Below are positions 8,286 to 16,264 of a DNA stretch of 16,929 nt, piece by piece; position 1 is the stretch's first letter, and every line of letters starts with the position of its first letter. The translations under genes and the position numbers were made by a program. Under the pieces are notes generated by a model, which searched no databases, was not told where the DNA came from, and saw nothing but the letters and a program-made list of their open reading frames with translations. Origin of the DNA: a virus (taxonomy: Duplodnaviria; Heunggongvirae; Uroviricota; Caudoviricetes); IMG/VR virus record IMGVR_UViG_3300028995_000083, positions 1 to 16,929 of that record; one strand, written 5' to 3'.

Positions 8286-9127
8286 TGGCAACATTACTTT
8301 TAGCAGTGATTTTGGTTAGTGGTTTTATTTATGTAAACCTATCACTTTCAACAAGATACCGATATAAGCGTTCCAACGGCTGGGACGCTTATTTTTTTGT
8401 GGCTGCCTGGGGTATCGTTTTTTTTCTCCTTGGCGGTTTTTTCACCTTTATTTTGAACGTCAGCGGAGGGTTTCGTTGGCTGGCTAATGCCTTGAATCTA
8501 ACACCTGACAGTTTTAATGGCATGTTGTCTTCATCGAAAGACAAACTTCAAAGAATAAATGAAATCAAACAGATAGCATGGGTTATGATTTCAATTGTCC
8601 TCGCTGCGATTTCAGGTTTTGGAAATAAGTTACGCACATCACGTGGAGATCGTCGTTGGGATGCCTTAGCTAAAGCTGTGGGTAATAACGCTTTCGAATC
8701 ATTACTCATGGAAGCGTCCGCAAGACAGTTTCCGATCATAGCAACTCTGTCGTCTCGCAAAATCTATGTTGGTCTTGTTACTTGTCCGGCGTTAGAAAAC
8801 GGGCTTTCAGAGCACCTTGAACTTCTCCCGATGTTAAGCGGATATCGGGATAAAGATGATCTAACGATTAGTATCACGACTAACTATCACCAACATTATC
8901 TTGATAGTGGTGTGATAAGTGGAATGTCTCGGCTTAATATCGAAGATTTCCGTGTGCTCATACCAAAAGATGAGGTTGAAACAATTTCGTTTTTTGATAC
9001 TGAGACATATAACAAATTTAAAGAAAATGAAGCCAGGGATAGAAAGAACTGTCGAAAGATTGATAGTAAAAGTGCATCTTCGCGCAGCAAGCGTGCAGCA
9101 GATGCTGAGTCAAATGATCGTGCATGA
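8285..9127 (+). CDS. Hypothetical membrane protein (280 aa; three predicted N-terminal TM helices plus about 165-aa charged cytoplasmic domain)
   Basis: Hydrophobic segments at about residues 2-19, 36-57 and 96-112, then a soluble Lys/Arg/Asp-rich domain; translationally coupled to the 8070 gene; AT-rich; no family recognised. Confidence 0.7.
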   Translation: MATLLLAVILVSGFIYVNLSLSTRYRYKRSNGWDAYFFVAAWGIVFFLLGGFFTFILNVSGGFRWLANALNLTPDSFNGMLSSSKDKLQRINEIKQIAWVMISIVLAAISGFGNKLRTSRGDRRWDALAKAVGNNAFESLLMEASARQFPIIATLSSRKIYVGLVTCPALENGLSEHLELLPMLSGYRDKDDLTISITTNYHQHYLDSGVISGMSRLNIEDFRVLIPKDEVETISFFDTETYNKFKENEARDRKNCRKIDSKSASSRSKRAADAESNDRA

Positions 9128-9175
9128 CTATGCTGCATGAGATCGCATGATCGTTTGAGGATCGTTTTTGCTAGG

Positions 9176-9199
9176 GCCCGCCAGAACTGGCGGGCTTTC
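9176..9199 (+). terminator. Candidate intrinsic terminator after the two-gene cargo operon
   Basis: GC-rich hairpin GCCCGCCA-gaac-TGGCGGGC followed by only TTT; about 50 nt after the 9127 stop. The short T tract makes this tentative. Confidence 0.4.
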
Positions 9200-9244
9200 G
9201 CGTAGATCATGCACCTGCATGAAAACTACTACATAAAGCGGGCA

Positions 9245-9257
9245 GGCGTGGCGGGGA
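9245..9257 (+). other. Possible cos-site remnant (GGCGTGGCGGGGA)
   Basis: Isolated GC-rich block inside AT-rich DNA; from memory it matches the first 13 nt of the 19-nt cohesive end of 186/P2-family phages (GGCG[T/A]GGCGGGGAAAGCA...), after which similarity is lost. Recollection not verified. Confidence 0.35.
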
Positions 9258-9364
9258 TACGAGCGCGCGCAACAGTGTAACAATCTGGATCTAATGTGAT
9301 ATAGTTACTGTAAATATTATTAACTATTCTTATATGCATTATTAAATATTTTAATGGAGCGTTT

Positions 9365-11038
9365 ATGGAAAAATATCAAGATGAGGAATATGTAGATGAT
9401 TTAACTGAGCGTGTTTTTCTCATTAAGCAACAACTGGAAGCGGGAAAACTAAAAATAGCTCATCATCTTGTAGAAGGTTTTATTGAAAGTTTTAAAAGAA
9501 TAAGGCTGCGACAGGATGGTAAAGTTGACCCTTCTACTGTTGATGGCAGAATAAGGGCTATGGGAGCAGCGGTTAATCACTTTTTAGAAAGAGAAGATAT
9601 AAAAAACAAATACTCTATTCAGGACTTGCAAAGTTCTTACTTTAATATTCTTTTTAGTAATTTTGGCGAGTTGTTTTATCTGATGAAAAAAACTAATGCA
9701 ACGCCACATAAAGCATCAAGTTTTTTTTCTCAACAAGAAGAATATGTTAAGCAAATAGAAGATATTTTTCCTGAGTTATATAATCAGGTAATAGAGTTTT
9801 GGCAGGTAACATCCGATATTGGTGTAATACATTTGCAGGATGGTTCTCAGTTTAAAGCTAATTTTTCTGGTGACTTATTTCCTGCATTTGATGAGAATGC
9901 TGTCTCTATTGCAGGGTTGTATGTTGATACTATTTCACTTCCATGTCCTATATTAAGAGTCGGTCGTCTCTATGAAAAGTCAGATAAGGCTGAGTTTACA
10001 AGGATACTTCTGAAGCATGTCCTAACATGTATGACATATAAAGAAGTAGCGCTTGAAGATATAGAGCCAGCAATAGTATTAATTTTGCCGGATAGAAGAG
10101 ATTTTGAAACTGAGAGCAAAAAAAATTTGATGAGTTTTTGTGAGCCTTATGCTCTGACTCATGCGCAATATCTCTATGATCGACGGTTCGAAAGCTACGA
10201 TGAATTTCGAGATTTTAGTTATTCGATGAATGATATTGATGCTGTTCTTAAAAATATTAAGAGAGCAGATAGACTTATTTTTGATACAGCATGGGGGCTA
10301 AATCCAAAAACTCAATTAGAAAAACTACTATCTGATAAAAAAAGAATATCACGTAATGTTGTTGGTGATCATGCTGGAATGGAGGTTTTCCTTTCCTGCA
10401 TTGGAAGAATGCCGCAAGCCTATTCAGCAAAATGTAATGCACAAGAACTTGGTAGTACTCCATATATAAATGCAGACACATCTTGGCTCTATTATACTTG
10501 GCTTATTGAGTACGAATCTCTTAATTTTGATGTCAATGATATTGAACTAAAAAATTTGCATATGGTTCATGCGTTATCTGCTGGTATGCAAGATGGTTTT
10601 TCATGGTTAGGAAATGTACCGGTCAATAAAATAATTGAGTTGAGACGTAACAAATTGATGGAGGATGTAAGATCCATCTTATCAAATGGTGTTGACTCTT
10701 TAATCAATTCTTCGGCAGAGAGCTTTTCGAGGACAACGCAAAAAGTAATTGATAATGTAGACCGGGCTTTTATTGAACATCAAAGGATTCTTGCAAAAGC
10801 CCAAAAAGAGAAATTGAGAATTTACGGACTAGATGTCCTACCATGTATCGCAAATGGTGCTATAGCAATTGCTGGAGCGCTGACTGGCAATACTACTTTA
10901 ACGGCGTTAAGTGCAGGCCTTGGAGTAATAGGTATTCCGAGTATTAGTGATATCAAATCTAAATTTAAGCAGAGGCAAGAGAAGCTTGATGCCTATCAAC
11001 GTTCTGTTACAGGTATACTCTTTAGCCATAAATCTTAA
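9365..11038 (+). CDS. Hypothetical 557-aa protein with C-terminal glycine-zipper-like hydrophobic segment; candidate defense / abortive-infection effector
   Basis: Long uninterrupted AT-rich ORF with TGGAG RBS; no Walker A, no RT YxDD, no HTH recognised; hydrophobic Gly/Ala-rich stretch at residues about 486-524 (LDVLPCIANGAIAIAGALTGNTTLTALSAGLGVIGIPSI); PD...ESK string at residues 242-252; flanked by terminator-like hairpins. Confidence 0.75.
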   Translation: MEKYQDEEYVDDLTERVFLIKQQLEAGKLKIAHHLVEGFIESFKRIRLRQDGKVDPSTVDGRIRAMGAAVNHFLEREDIKNKYSIQDLQSSYFNILFSNFGELFYLMKKTNATPHKASSFFSQQEEYVKQIEDIFPELYNQVIEFWQVTSDIGVIHLQDGSQFKANFSGDLFPAFDENAVSIAGLYVDTISLPCPILRVGRLYEKSDKAEFTRILLKHVLTCMTYKEVALEDIEPAIVLILPDRRDFETESKKNLMSFCEPYALTHAQYLYDRRFESYDEFRDFSYSMNDIDAVLKNIKRADRLIFDTAWGLNPKTQLEKLLSDKKRISRNVVGDHAGMEVFLSCIGRMPQAYSAKCNAQELGSTPYINADTSWLYYTWLIEYESLNFDVNDIELKNLHMVHALSAGMQDGFSWLGNVPVNKIIELRRNKLMEDVRSILSNGVDSLINSSAESFSRTTQKVIDNVDRAFIEHQRILAKAQKEKLRIYGLDVLPCIANGAIAIAGALTGNTTLTALSAGLGVIGIPSISDIKSKFKQRQEKLDAYQRSVTGILFSHKS

Positions 11039-11043
11039 TGTAG

Positions 11044-11074
11044 AGGGCCGAGGTATTCGGCCCTTAGTTTTATA
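11044..11074 (+). terminator. Intrinsic terminator after the 557-aa gene
   Basis: Hairpin AGGGCCG-aggtatt-CGGCCCT followed by T-rich TAGTTTTATAT, 6 nt after the stop codon. Confidence 0.6.
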
Positions 11075-11220
11075 TGAAACTGTATGGCATGAATTTTATT
11101 ATGTCATCTTTGAGCCATTTATTGAGTTCTTCTATTCTGTTTTGTAGCGGTATCAATTCATTACGCATAAAAACCTTACTAGCCTTCTCCACATCCCCAA
11201 ATCCCCCAACATTATTCGGC

Positions 11221-12186
11221 ATTATCCCCATCATTTGCGGCGGCACTCGGTGTGCTGCCATCATGTCATCCCGGCTCACGTTCTTGATAGGTCTTGTGGT
11301 TACTGCACTGGCGGGTGTGGCGCTGGTTGTCTGGAAATACTGGCAGCCCATCACCGCATTTCTCGGTGGCGTGGTGGAAGGATTCAAAGCGGCGGCAGGT
11401 CCTGTCAGTGCCGCGTTCGAACCGCTTAAGCCTGTGTTCCAGTGGATTGGCGACAAAGTACAGGCGCTGTGGGGCTGGTTTACTGATCTGCTGACGCCCG
11501 TTAAGTCGACCTCTGCCGAACTGCAGAGTGCAGCGGCAATGGGGCGACGATTCGGGGAGGCTCTGGCGGAAGGGCTGAATATGGTCATGCATCCGCTGGA
11601 CTCCCTGAAATCCGGCGTTTCCTGGTTGCTGGAGAAACTTGGCATTGTCAGTAAAGAGGCCGCAAAGGCGAAACTGCCGGAAAGCGTGACGCGTCAGCAA
11701 CCTGCGACGGTGAATGCAGACGGTAAAGTGATGATGCCATCGGGTGGTTTTCCGTCATGGGGATATGGCTTTGCGGGGATGTATGACAGCGGCGGGTATA
11801 TCCCGCGCGGGCAGTTTGGCATCGTCGGTGAAAACGGGCCGGAAATTGTTAACGGCCCGGCAAATGTGACCAGCCGGAGAAATACAGCTGCACTGGCTGC
11901 CGTTGTTGCCGGAATGATGGGTGTTGCTGCTACGCCAGCAGAGCTTCCACCGTTGCACCCTTTGGCACTTCCCGCGAAAGGCGGTGAAGCGATGGTGAGT
12001 CGTGCAGCCACTGTGCTGCCCGTTCAACGGATTGAGGCACCGATGCAGATCATCATTCAGACGCAGCCAGGACAAAGTGCGCAGGATATTGCGCGGGAGG
12101 TGGCCCGCCAGCTTGATGAACGTGAACGCAGGCTGAAGGCAAAAGCCAGGAGTAACTACAGCGATCAGGGGGGATACGACGCATGA
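11221..12186 (+). pseudogene. 5'-truncated tail tape-measure gene (P2 gpT / 186 G-like), C-terminal fragment only
   Basis: Translation from about residue 50 of the 11074 ORF onward is Ala/Gly-rich with tape-measure character (AFLGGVVEGFKAAAGPVSAAFEPLKPVFQWIGDKVQALWGW...) and is followed by U and D as in the P2 FETUD operon; upstream 150 nt is AT-rich with no RBS; a full tape measure would be about 800 aa. 5' boundary approximate. Confidence 0.7.
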
Positions 12187-12668
12187 TGATGGTGCTGGGA
12201 TTGTACGTGTTTATGCTGCGCACCGTGCCGTATCAGGAGCTGCAGTATCAACGCAGCTGGCGACATGCGGCAAACAGCCGGGTAAACCGACGCCCGTCAA
12301 CGCAGTTTCTGGGACCGGACAACGACATGCTGACGCTTTCTGGTGTTCTTATGCCGGAGGTAACGGGCGGCAGGCTGTCGTTGCTGGCTCTGGAGCAGAT
12401 GGCAGAACAGGGAAAAGCATGGCCCCTGATTGAAGGCAGCGGCACGATTTACGGCATGTATGTGATTGAGGGACTGAATCAGACTAAAACGGAGTTTTTC
12501 CGCGACGGTATGCCGCGCCGGATTGAGTTCACCCTGTCGCTAAAACGCGTGGATGAATCCCTGTCCGATATGTTCGGTGATCTCAGTGCGCAACTGAATA
12601 ATCTGCAGGGAACGGCAACATCTGCCTTAAGCGATATCAGTAAAACGGTGGGAGGGCTGCTGTCGTGA
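12183..12668 (+). CDS. U: Tail protein U (P2 gpU-like)
   Basis: 161 aa, start overlaps the tape-measure stop (ATGA); size and position between T and D match P2 gpU. Confidence 0.85.
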   Translation: MMMVLGLYVFMLRTVPYQELQYQRSWRHAANSRVNRRPSTQFLGPDNDMLTLSGVLMPEVTGGRLSLLALEQMAEQGKAWPLIEGSGTIYGMYVIEGLNQTKTEFFRDGMPRRIEFTLSLKRVDESLSDMFGDLSAQLNNLQGTATSALSDISKTVGGLLS

Positions 12669-13765
12669 ATTTCAGCTCTGAACTGCTTAACAAAGGCAAC
12701 AAAACTCCGGCATTCAGCATCAGTATTGAAGGCAGGGATATCACCACTGTGCTGGACAACCGCCTGATGGGGCTGACGCTGACGGATAACCGGGGCTTTG
12801 AAGCGGACCAGCTTGATCTGGAGCTGGACGACGCCGATGGAAAAATCGTGCTGCCGCGCCGTGGGGCTGTCATTACGCTGGCGCTGGGCTGGAAGGGACA
12901 GCCGCTTTTCCCGAAAGGGGCATTCACGGTGGACGAGATTGAACACACTGGCGCACCGGATCGCCTGACTATCCGGGCGCGAAGTGCTGATTTTCGTGAA
13001 ACGCTGAATACCCGCCGTGAAAAGTCGTGGCACAAGACCACCGTTGGGGAAGTGGTGAAGGAAATAGCTGCGCGGCACAAACTGAAGATGGCATTGGGTG
13101 AAGACTTGTCGGATAAACTCGTGGAGCATATAGACCAGACTAATGAGAGTGACGGCAGTTTTTTGATGCGGCTGGCGCGCCAGTACGGTGCTATTGCGTC
13201 GGTGAAAAATGGCAATCTGTTATTCATCCGGCAGGGGCAGGGTAAAAGCGCCAGCGGTAAACCACTACCGGTGATCACTATCACACGCAAGGACGGCGAC
13301 AGTCACCGCTTTACCCTGGCAGATCGCGGAGCTTACACGGGCGTCATTGCCAGCTGGTTGCATACCCGCGAACCCGCGAAGAAAGAAAGCACCACGGTGA
13401 AGCGTAAGCGCAGGACTAAGAAGCAGAAGAAAGAGCCGGAAGCGAAGCAGGGCGATTACCTGGTGGGTACGGATGAAAACGTGCTGGTACTTAATCGCAC
13501 TTATGCCAACCGGAGCAACGCCGAACGGGCAGCGAAAATGCAGTGGGAACGCCTGCAACGCGGCGTTGCATCATTCTCGCTACAACTGGCGGAAGGGCGG
13601 GCAGATCTCTACACAGAAATGCCTGTGAAGGTCAGTGGCTTTAAACAGCCGATAGATGATGCGGAATGGACCATTACGACTCTGACGCATACCGTCAGCC
13701 CGGATTACGGTTTTACGACCAGTCTGGAGCTTGAAGTGAGGATTGATGATTTCGAAATGGAATGA
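12665..13765 (+). CDS. D: Tail protein D (P2 gpD-like, late control gene D family)
   Basis: 366 aa; GTG start overlapping the U stop, GGGAGGG RBS; size, position (last late gene before ogr) and composition consistent with Phage_GPD. Confidence 0.85.
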   Translation: MNFSSELLNKGNKTPAFSISIEGRDITTVLDNRLMGLTLTDNRGFEADQLDLELDDADGKIVLPRRGAVITLALGWKGQPLFPKGAFTVDEIEHTGAPDRLTIRARSADFRETLNTRREKSWHKTTVGEVVKEIAARHKLKMALGEDLSDKLVEHIDQTNESDGSFLMRLARQYGAIASVKNGNLLFIRQGQGKSASGKPLPVITITRKDGDSHRFTLADRGAYTGVIASWLHTREPAKKESTTVKRKRRTKKQKKEPEAKQGDYLVGTDENVLVLNRTYANRSNAERAAKMQWERLQRGVASFSLQLAEGRADLYTEMPVKVSGFKQPIDDAEWTITTLTHTVSPDYGFTTSLELEVRIDDFEME

Positions 13766-13855
13766 TTCTTCGCAATGGAGAACTTTTAAGTTTGCAAAAT
13801 GGAATAATGCGGTATCATTATTGTGAATTTAGCAAAAATGGGGAGAACTCGAAAA

Positions 13856-14074
13856 ATGATGATTTGCCCACTGTGTGGAAGTGCCGCCCATACTCGCAGC
13901 AGTTTTCAGGTATCTTCATTGACCAAAGAGCGTTACAACCAGTGCCAGAACATTAACTGCAGCCATACTTTTGTTACCCATGAAACTTTTGTTCGTTCGA
14001 TTGCAACGCCAAAAGAGTCAAATCCGGTTCAGCCGCATCCAATGAAATCAGGACAGGTGGCGCTCTCTCTTTGA
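13856..14074 (+). CDS. ogr: Ogr/Delta-family zinc-finger late transcription activator
   Basis: 72 aa from ATG 13856, the same length as P2 Ogr; CPLC...CQNINC matches the Ogr C-x2-C-x22-C-x4-C zinc-binding pattern (compare P2 Ogr CPLCQHAAH...YHQCQNVNC). Confidence 0.85.
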   Translation: MMICPLCGSAAHTRSSFQVSSLTKERYNQCQNINCSHTFVTHETFVRSIATPKESNPVQPHPMKSGQVALSL

Positions 14075-14096
14075 CGCTGCCGCCATTTTGTCGCCA
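14075..14096 (+). repeat. Candidate attR core (CGCTGCCGCCATTTTGTCGCCA)
   Basis: Direct repeat of 19..40 (21/22), beginning at the nucleotide after the ogr stop codon; sequence to the right is host-like and leads into the ybjL terminator. Confidence 0.55.
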
Positions 14097-14150
14097 TCGT
14101 TAAAAAACAGTGCTTCTAACATCATGATTTTAAAAGGCATAAATTTCAGG

Positions 14151-14197
14151 CAACAAAAAACCCATCAACCTTGAACCGAAATGGCGGGGTTGATGGG
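14151..14197 (-). terminator. Candidate intrinsic terminator downstream of ybjL (minus strand)
   Basis: Inverted repeat CCCATCAACC / GGTTGATGGG (14161..14170 and 14188..14197) with a T6 run immediately after the stem on the minus strand; about 110 nt beyond the ybjL stop. The loop is long. Confidence 0.45.
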
Positions 14198-14309
14198 CTC
14201 CACAAAATGGGGACATCAAAGAAAAGCAGTGGCACTAATTAAGACTGATGCCCTGCGGAAAAGTTCTGCGGTTGTGCAAAAAAATTTCATTTTCAGGGCA
14301 ACTTCAGTT

Positions 14310-15995
14310 TTATCCTAATCCTGGCCATACCATGACGATGATTGTCCCTGCCAGCGTCAGCAGGACGTTGGCGATTGCGTAGGTGCCCGCGTAGCCCAGC
14401 GCAGGGATGTTACTGCGAGCTGTATCACTGATGATCTCCATTGCCGGCGCGCAGGTGCGTGCGCCCATCATTGCGCCGAACAACAGTGCGCGGTTCATTC
14501 GCAATACATAAGCACCGAACAAGAAACAGATAACCACGGGCACAAGACTGACAATTAATCCGGCAATCAACATCTGACCGCCAATCGCGCCCAGGCCGTT
14601 ATTAATACCGCTACCGGCGCTCAGACCAACGCCTGCCATAAACACCATCAAGCCGAACTCTTTCACCATGCTTAATGCACCTTGCGGAATGTAACCGAAG
14701 GTCGGGTGGTTAGCACGCATAAAGCCCAGCATAATTCCGGCGAATAACAACCCGGCAGCGTTCCCCATGCCGAAACTGAATGTGCTGAACTGGAAGGTGA
14801 TCATCCCGATCATCAGCCCAATAACAAAGAAGGCGCAAAATGCCAGCAGGTCAGTGACCTGGCTGTGAATCGAGATAAAGCCGATGCGATCGGCGATGGT
14901 TTTTACGCGACGGGCATCACCGCTGACTTGTAAAACGTCACCTTTGTTAAGCACGACGTTGTCATCTATCGGCATCTCAATCTGGCTACGAATGACGCGG
15001 TTAAGGAAGCAACCGTGATCGGTCAACTTCAGTTGTGCGAGACGTTTACCTACAGCGTTATGGTTTTTAACGACCACTTCTTCAGTGACGATACGCATGT
15101 CGAGAAGGTCACGATCGAAAACTTCTTTACCGTTACGGAAGCTGGGATCGAGTCGGGCATGGGCGTCGGGATAGCCTACCAACGCTATTTCATCGCCCAT
15201 TTGTAGCACGGCATCACCGTCTGGATTTGCCAGAATCCCGTTACGTCGAATACGTTCAATGTAGCAGCCGGTTTGTCGATAAATACCCAGTTCACGCAGA
15301 TTTTTGCCGTCGGTCCAGGCCACCAGCTCCGGGCCGACGCGATAGGCGCGGATCACCGGTAAATAAACCTTACGGTTGGCATCAGTGTCCAGGCCACGTT
15401 CGCGGGCGATTTGCTGGGCGCTGGTCTGTAAGTCCTGATGCTGCAATTTCGGCAAGTAACGCGCACCAACAATCAAACTCACCAGACCGATTAAATAGGT
15501 TAAGGCATACCCGAGGCTCAGATTATCCAGTGCCAGTGAGAGCTGCCTGCTTTCCATGCCGGAATGACGCAGTGTATCGCCAGCACCGACCAGAACCGGT
15601 GTCGACGTCATAGAGCCTGCTAACATACCGGCCGTCAGGCCAATATCCCAGCCAAACAGCTTACCTAACCCTAAGGCGATCACCAGCGCACTGCCAACCA
15701 TCACCAGTGCTAACATTAGGTAATTTTTCCCATCGCGAAAAAAAATGGAAAAAAAGTTCGGTCCGGCTTCGACCCCGACGCAGAAAATAAACAGCATAAA
15801 GCCAAGATTAAGCGCATCGGTGTTAATGCTGAAATGTTGTTGGCCTAATAACAGCGATACGACTAAAACGCCAATGGAATTACCCAGTTGGATCGAACCA
15901 AGTCGTAACTTTCCGAGACATAGCCCAAGCGCGAGGACCACAAATAATAACAGAATGTAATTCCCATTTAACAATTCGGCGACGTTTATATTCAC
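14310..15995 (-). CDS. ybjL: Putative transport protein YbjL (AAE-family membrane transporter)
   Basis: 561-aa product [39 protein letters not shown]... recognised as E. coli YbjL; membrane domains flank a central soluble region; GTG start as given by the ORF track. Confidence 0.9.
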
Positions 15996-16264
15996 GGAGG
16001 CTAACTTCTTGTTTACTAGTAAGCTGTTGAAAGAAATGGTAATTTACGATAATGTTTTTTACCAGAATTCAGGGCGCAGATTCATTCAGCGCACCTAAAC
16101 GATAGTAAAGTAACAATATATTTTACTAGTGTAATCACATTAGGTATCAACGGCTATATGAATTGCGTTGGCCTATATTAGCATGGAATGCGAAGCGGCT
16201 TTATCTTACTGAACGCCACACTGGCGAAAAATGTGTTCGATAGACGCAGTGTCAGGAGGAACGA

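Larger units (their letters stand above)
19..14096. mobile_element. Defective 186/P2-family prophage (lysogeny, replication and SOS modules intact; structural genes deleted except truncated T, U, D, ogr)
   Basis: Gene order int-cI-apl-cII-...-dam-A-tum/dinI-[cargo]-T'-U-D-ogr matches the P2/186 prophage layout; bounded by a 22-bp direct repeat; host genes ybjL/ybjM/grxA resume to the right. Left boundary depends on the att interpretation. Confidence 0.8.

Noticed and set aside
8548-9210. Minus-strand ORFs (70 and 104 aa) and a 73-aa plus-strand ORF (8919..9140) within or after the membrane protein gene
   Set aside because: Overlap the 280-aa membrane protein CDS, which has coherent TM architecture and translational coupling; alternatives lack RBS.
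9365-11038. Retron reverse transcriptase or ATPase identity for the 557-aa protein
   Set aside because: No YxDD motif (the only near match is YVDT) and no Walker A GxxxxGK[ST] in the translation, so it is not a retron RT, Old/Gabija/PARIS-type ATPase or Septu-like protein on motif grounds.
11074-11220. 5' extension of the tape-measure ORF (MKLYGMNFIMSS...)
   Set aside because: AT-rich, no RBS, sequence character unlike the downstream Ala/Gly-rich tape-measure segment; interpreted as read-through of junction DNA, not original coding sequence.
11070-12075. Several minus-strand and alternative-frame ORFs (11070..11645, 11266..11700, 11694..12011, 11755..12075, 11235..11429, 11294..11494) over the tape-measure fragment
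   Set aside because: Overlap the tape-measure-like frame, which is continuous with U and D; Ala/Gly-rich tape-measure DNA commonly yields long antisense ORFs; no start signals.
12479-13558. Minus-strand ORFs of 216, 217 and 97 aa antisense to U and D
   Set aside because: Antisense to two syntenic, well-supported tail genes; no RBS; translated products are low complexity.
13762-13956. 64-aa plus-strand ORF overlapping the ogr start
   Set aside because: Out of frame with ogr and spans the D-ogr intergenic promoter region; ogr is 72 aa, exactly as in P2, from ATG 13856, leaving no room for it.
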